This document shows, piece by piece, positions 16,304 through 17,668 of a stretch of 17,668 nucleotides of DNA. The DNA is from Candidatus Asbonarchaeum danakilense. GTDB taxonomy: Archaea > Nanohalarchaeota > Nanosalinia > Nanosalinales > Nanoanaerosalinaceae. Every line of letters begins with the position of its first letter. Position 1 is the stretch's first letter. The position numbers and the translations under genes were made by a program. Below the pieces are notes generated by a model. It was not told the DNA's origin and did not search any database. It saw only the letters and a list, made by a program, of their open reading frames with translations. Where the stretch lies: assembly GCA_034190465.1 (NCBI GenBank), contig JAXINV010000076.1, positions 1-17,668 of the forward strand, given 5' to 3'.

Positions 16304-17032
16304 TCAGGTGGAGATGTCGACGGAGATCAGATCGACGTCACTGGTCCCGGGCTCCCAGAACGAGTCGATCAGGTCGTCGAGCTCGTCGGACGCGGCCCAA
16401 CCGATGTCGAGGCGCTGGTAGACGTCGTCGGACGCGGTGCCGTCGTACCATTCGTCCAGCCCGGCCTGGAACTCGTCGGGGTGCTCCTCGACGGCTTGCT
16501 CCTCGATCCGTTCCCTTATCTGGTCGGGCTCCGCGTAGGCGTACCGCGGCCCGTCCAGGTCGCTGTATTTTTCGACCGATCCCCGGTCGCGGTACGTGAG
16601 GATCGCGTCCGCAAGCTCCTCGGAGGCGGTCCGGTCGGGCAGGTAGACGTGGAACTCGATGTCGTCGCCGTGCTCGACGTCGTCGGTCTGGAGGTCAAAC
16701 TGCTCCATGACACTGCCGATGCGGCGGTCACGTGTCATGTTGCCGCGGGAAGCTGCCTCCATGTACTCGTCCACCCAGTCGATCGCCTCCTGCCTGGCCC
16801 ACTCCCTGTCGAACCCCATGTCGCGGGCGTAGGCGGCGGGGTCCTGCGTGGTGTAGCCGAGCAGTTCGTTGAACCGTTCACGTGCCTGTTCCTCGACGTA
16901 GTCCTGGTCGATGCCGTAGTCGTCGGCTCTGTCGAGGGCGCGGTCGCGGTGGCCGTGCCTGACGGCTGCATCGACCTTGTTCCGCAGCAGCGGCTTGAGA
17001 ACGGTGTTCCGTGCCCGGTCCAGCAGCTCCAT
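16304..17032 (-). CDS. Hypothetical highly acidic protein (242 aa)
   Basis: Host-like codon usage on the minus strand, D/E-rich, begins 16 nt after the rps10 stop. Confidence 0.75.
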   Translation of the reverse strand: MELLDRARNTVLKPLLRNKVDAAVRHGHRDRALDRADDYGIDQDYVEEQARERFNELLGYTTQDPAAYARDMGFDREWARQEAIDWVDEYMEAASRGNMTRDRRIGSVMEQFDLQTDDVEHGDDIEFHVYLPDRTASEELADAILTYRDRGSVEKYSDLDGPRYAYAEPDQIRERIEEQAVEEHPDEFQAGLDEWYDGTASDDVYQRLDIGWAASDELDDLIDSFWEPGTSDVDLISVDIST

Positions 17033-17048
17033 TGAGAACCACGCTGCT

Positions 17049-17357
17049 TTATTCGATCAGTTCGACCTCGATGTTGACGCCTTCAGGGACGTGGACACGC
17101 ATGATCTGTCGGAGTGCGCGCTCTGAGTCAGAAACATCGATGATACGCTTGTGGACGCGCTGCTCCCATGTCTCGTACGTCTCTGCGCCTTCCCCGTCCG
17201 GCGACTTCCGCACTGGGACGTCCATGACATCGGTCGGCAGCGGGACAGGCCCTGAGACGTTGGCGTTGTACTCCCTGGCAGTATCGACCACATCGTCTGC
17301 AAGGTCGTCGACCCGGTCGGGGTCGGTGCTGCTCAGCTTGACTCGTGCCTTTTCCAT
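17049..17357 (-). CDS. rps10: 30S ribosomal protein uS10
   Basis: MEKARVKLSS, SGPVPLPT, VPVRKSPDGEG, WEQRVHKRIID. 102 aa from ATG 17357. TTTATAAG upstream on the minus strand. Confidence 0.97.
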   Translation of the reverse strand: MEKARVKLSSTDPDRVDDLADDVVDTAREYNANVSGPVPLPTDVMDVPVRKSPDGEGAETYETWEQRVHKRIIDVSDSERALRQIMRVHVPEGVNIEVELIE

Positions 17358-17383
17358 CGCTACCACGAAACGTGCGGGTGAAT

Positions 17384-17439
17384 CTTATAAAGGATGCCCT
17401 CCCCTCGCAGCGGCGCTCCCGCCGCGTATTTATTAAAAA
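17384..17439. promoter_or_regulatory. Divergent TATA boxes for rps10 (-) and tRNA-Ser (+), separated by a GC hairpin
   Basis: CTTATAAA at about 17385-17392, TTTATTAAAAA at about 17429-17439, and GCGGCG-CTCC-CGCCGC at 17410-17425. Confidence 0.6.
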
Positions 17440-17463
17440 CTTGCCCGCCAACCCTTCCAGCGA

Positions 17464-17666
17464 GCCGGGGTCGCATAATCTGGTAGTGCGCCAGCTTGGA
17501 GCTTAGAGGCGGGCCCTTCCCTCTGAAGGTCACTACGGTTCCACCCTCGCTCCGCTCGGGTCCCCGAGATCCGTCGGACACTGGAACCCCAAGCGGCTCA
17601 AACCGTGTCTCACCAGATAGCTGGTGGGCCTCACGGCCTGTGTGGGTTCAAATCCCACCCCCGGCG
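17464..17666 (+). tRNA. tRNA-Ser(GGA) with 117-nt intron (17502-17618) at position 37/38
   Basis: Acceptor GCCGGGG/CCCCGGC with discriminator G, D stem GCAT/GTGC, anticodon stem CCAGC/GCTGG with TT-GGA-G|A, long variable arm GGGCC-TCAC-GGCCT, T arm GTGGG-TTCAAAT-CCCAC. BHB motif: TTGG (17496-17499) pairs with CCAG (17613-17616), with 3-nt bulges AGC and ATA. Confidence 0.93.
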
Positions 17667-17668
17667 CT

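Noticed and set aside
17502..17618. Box C/D guide RNA within the tRNA-Ser intron
   Set aside because: Only one CTGA (17523-17526) is visible and there is no convincing RTGATGA box C, so it cannot be supported by eye.

Overview
GC-rich archaeal chromosomal window with a mostly acidic, halophile-type proteome and TATA boxes in front of most genes. A DPANN/Nanohaloarchaeota-like host is inferred, not proven. From left to right it contains: a tandem hairpin array and a duplicated tRNA 3' end next to tRNA-Gly(CCC); a Yip1-like membrane protein; an acidic hypothetical; a candidate ESCRT-III/CdvB-like coiled-coil gene, a MIT+AAA Vps4/CdvC-like ATPase and a lipoprotein in a probable operon; an AT-rich symmetric intergenic region; alanine dehydrogenase; an HD hydrolase; several hypotheticals; glutamate dehydrogenase; and a broken-up translation cluster (EF-2, an inserted FTP/PepSY propeptide-only protein, EF-1alpha, a ZIP transporter and hypotheticals, an inverted rps10, and tRNA-Ser(GGA) with a 117-nt BHB intron). 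The best candidate for a new system is the CdvA-less ESCRT-III/Vps4/lipoprotein membrane-remodelling module. Next come the tRNA-anchored hairpin array and the long structured tRNA-Ser intron.
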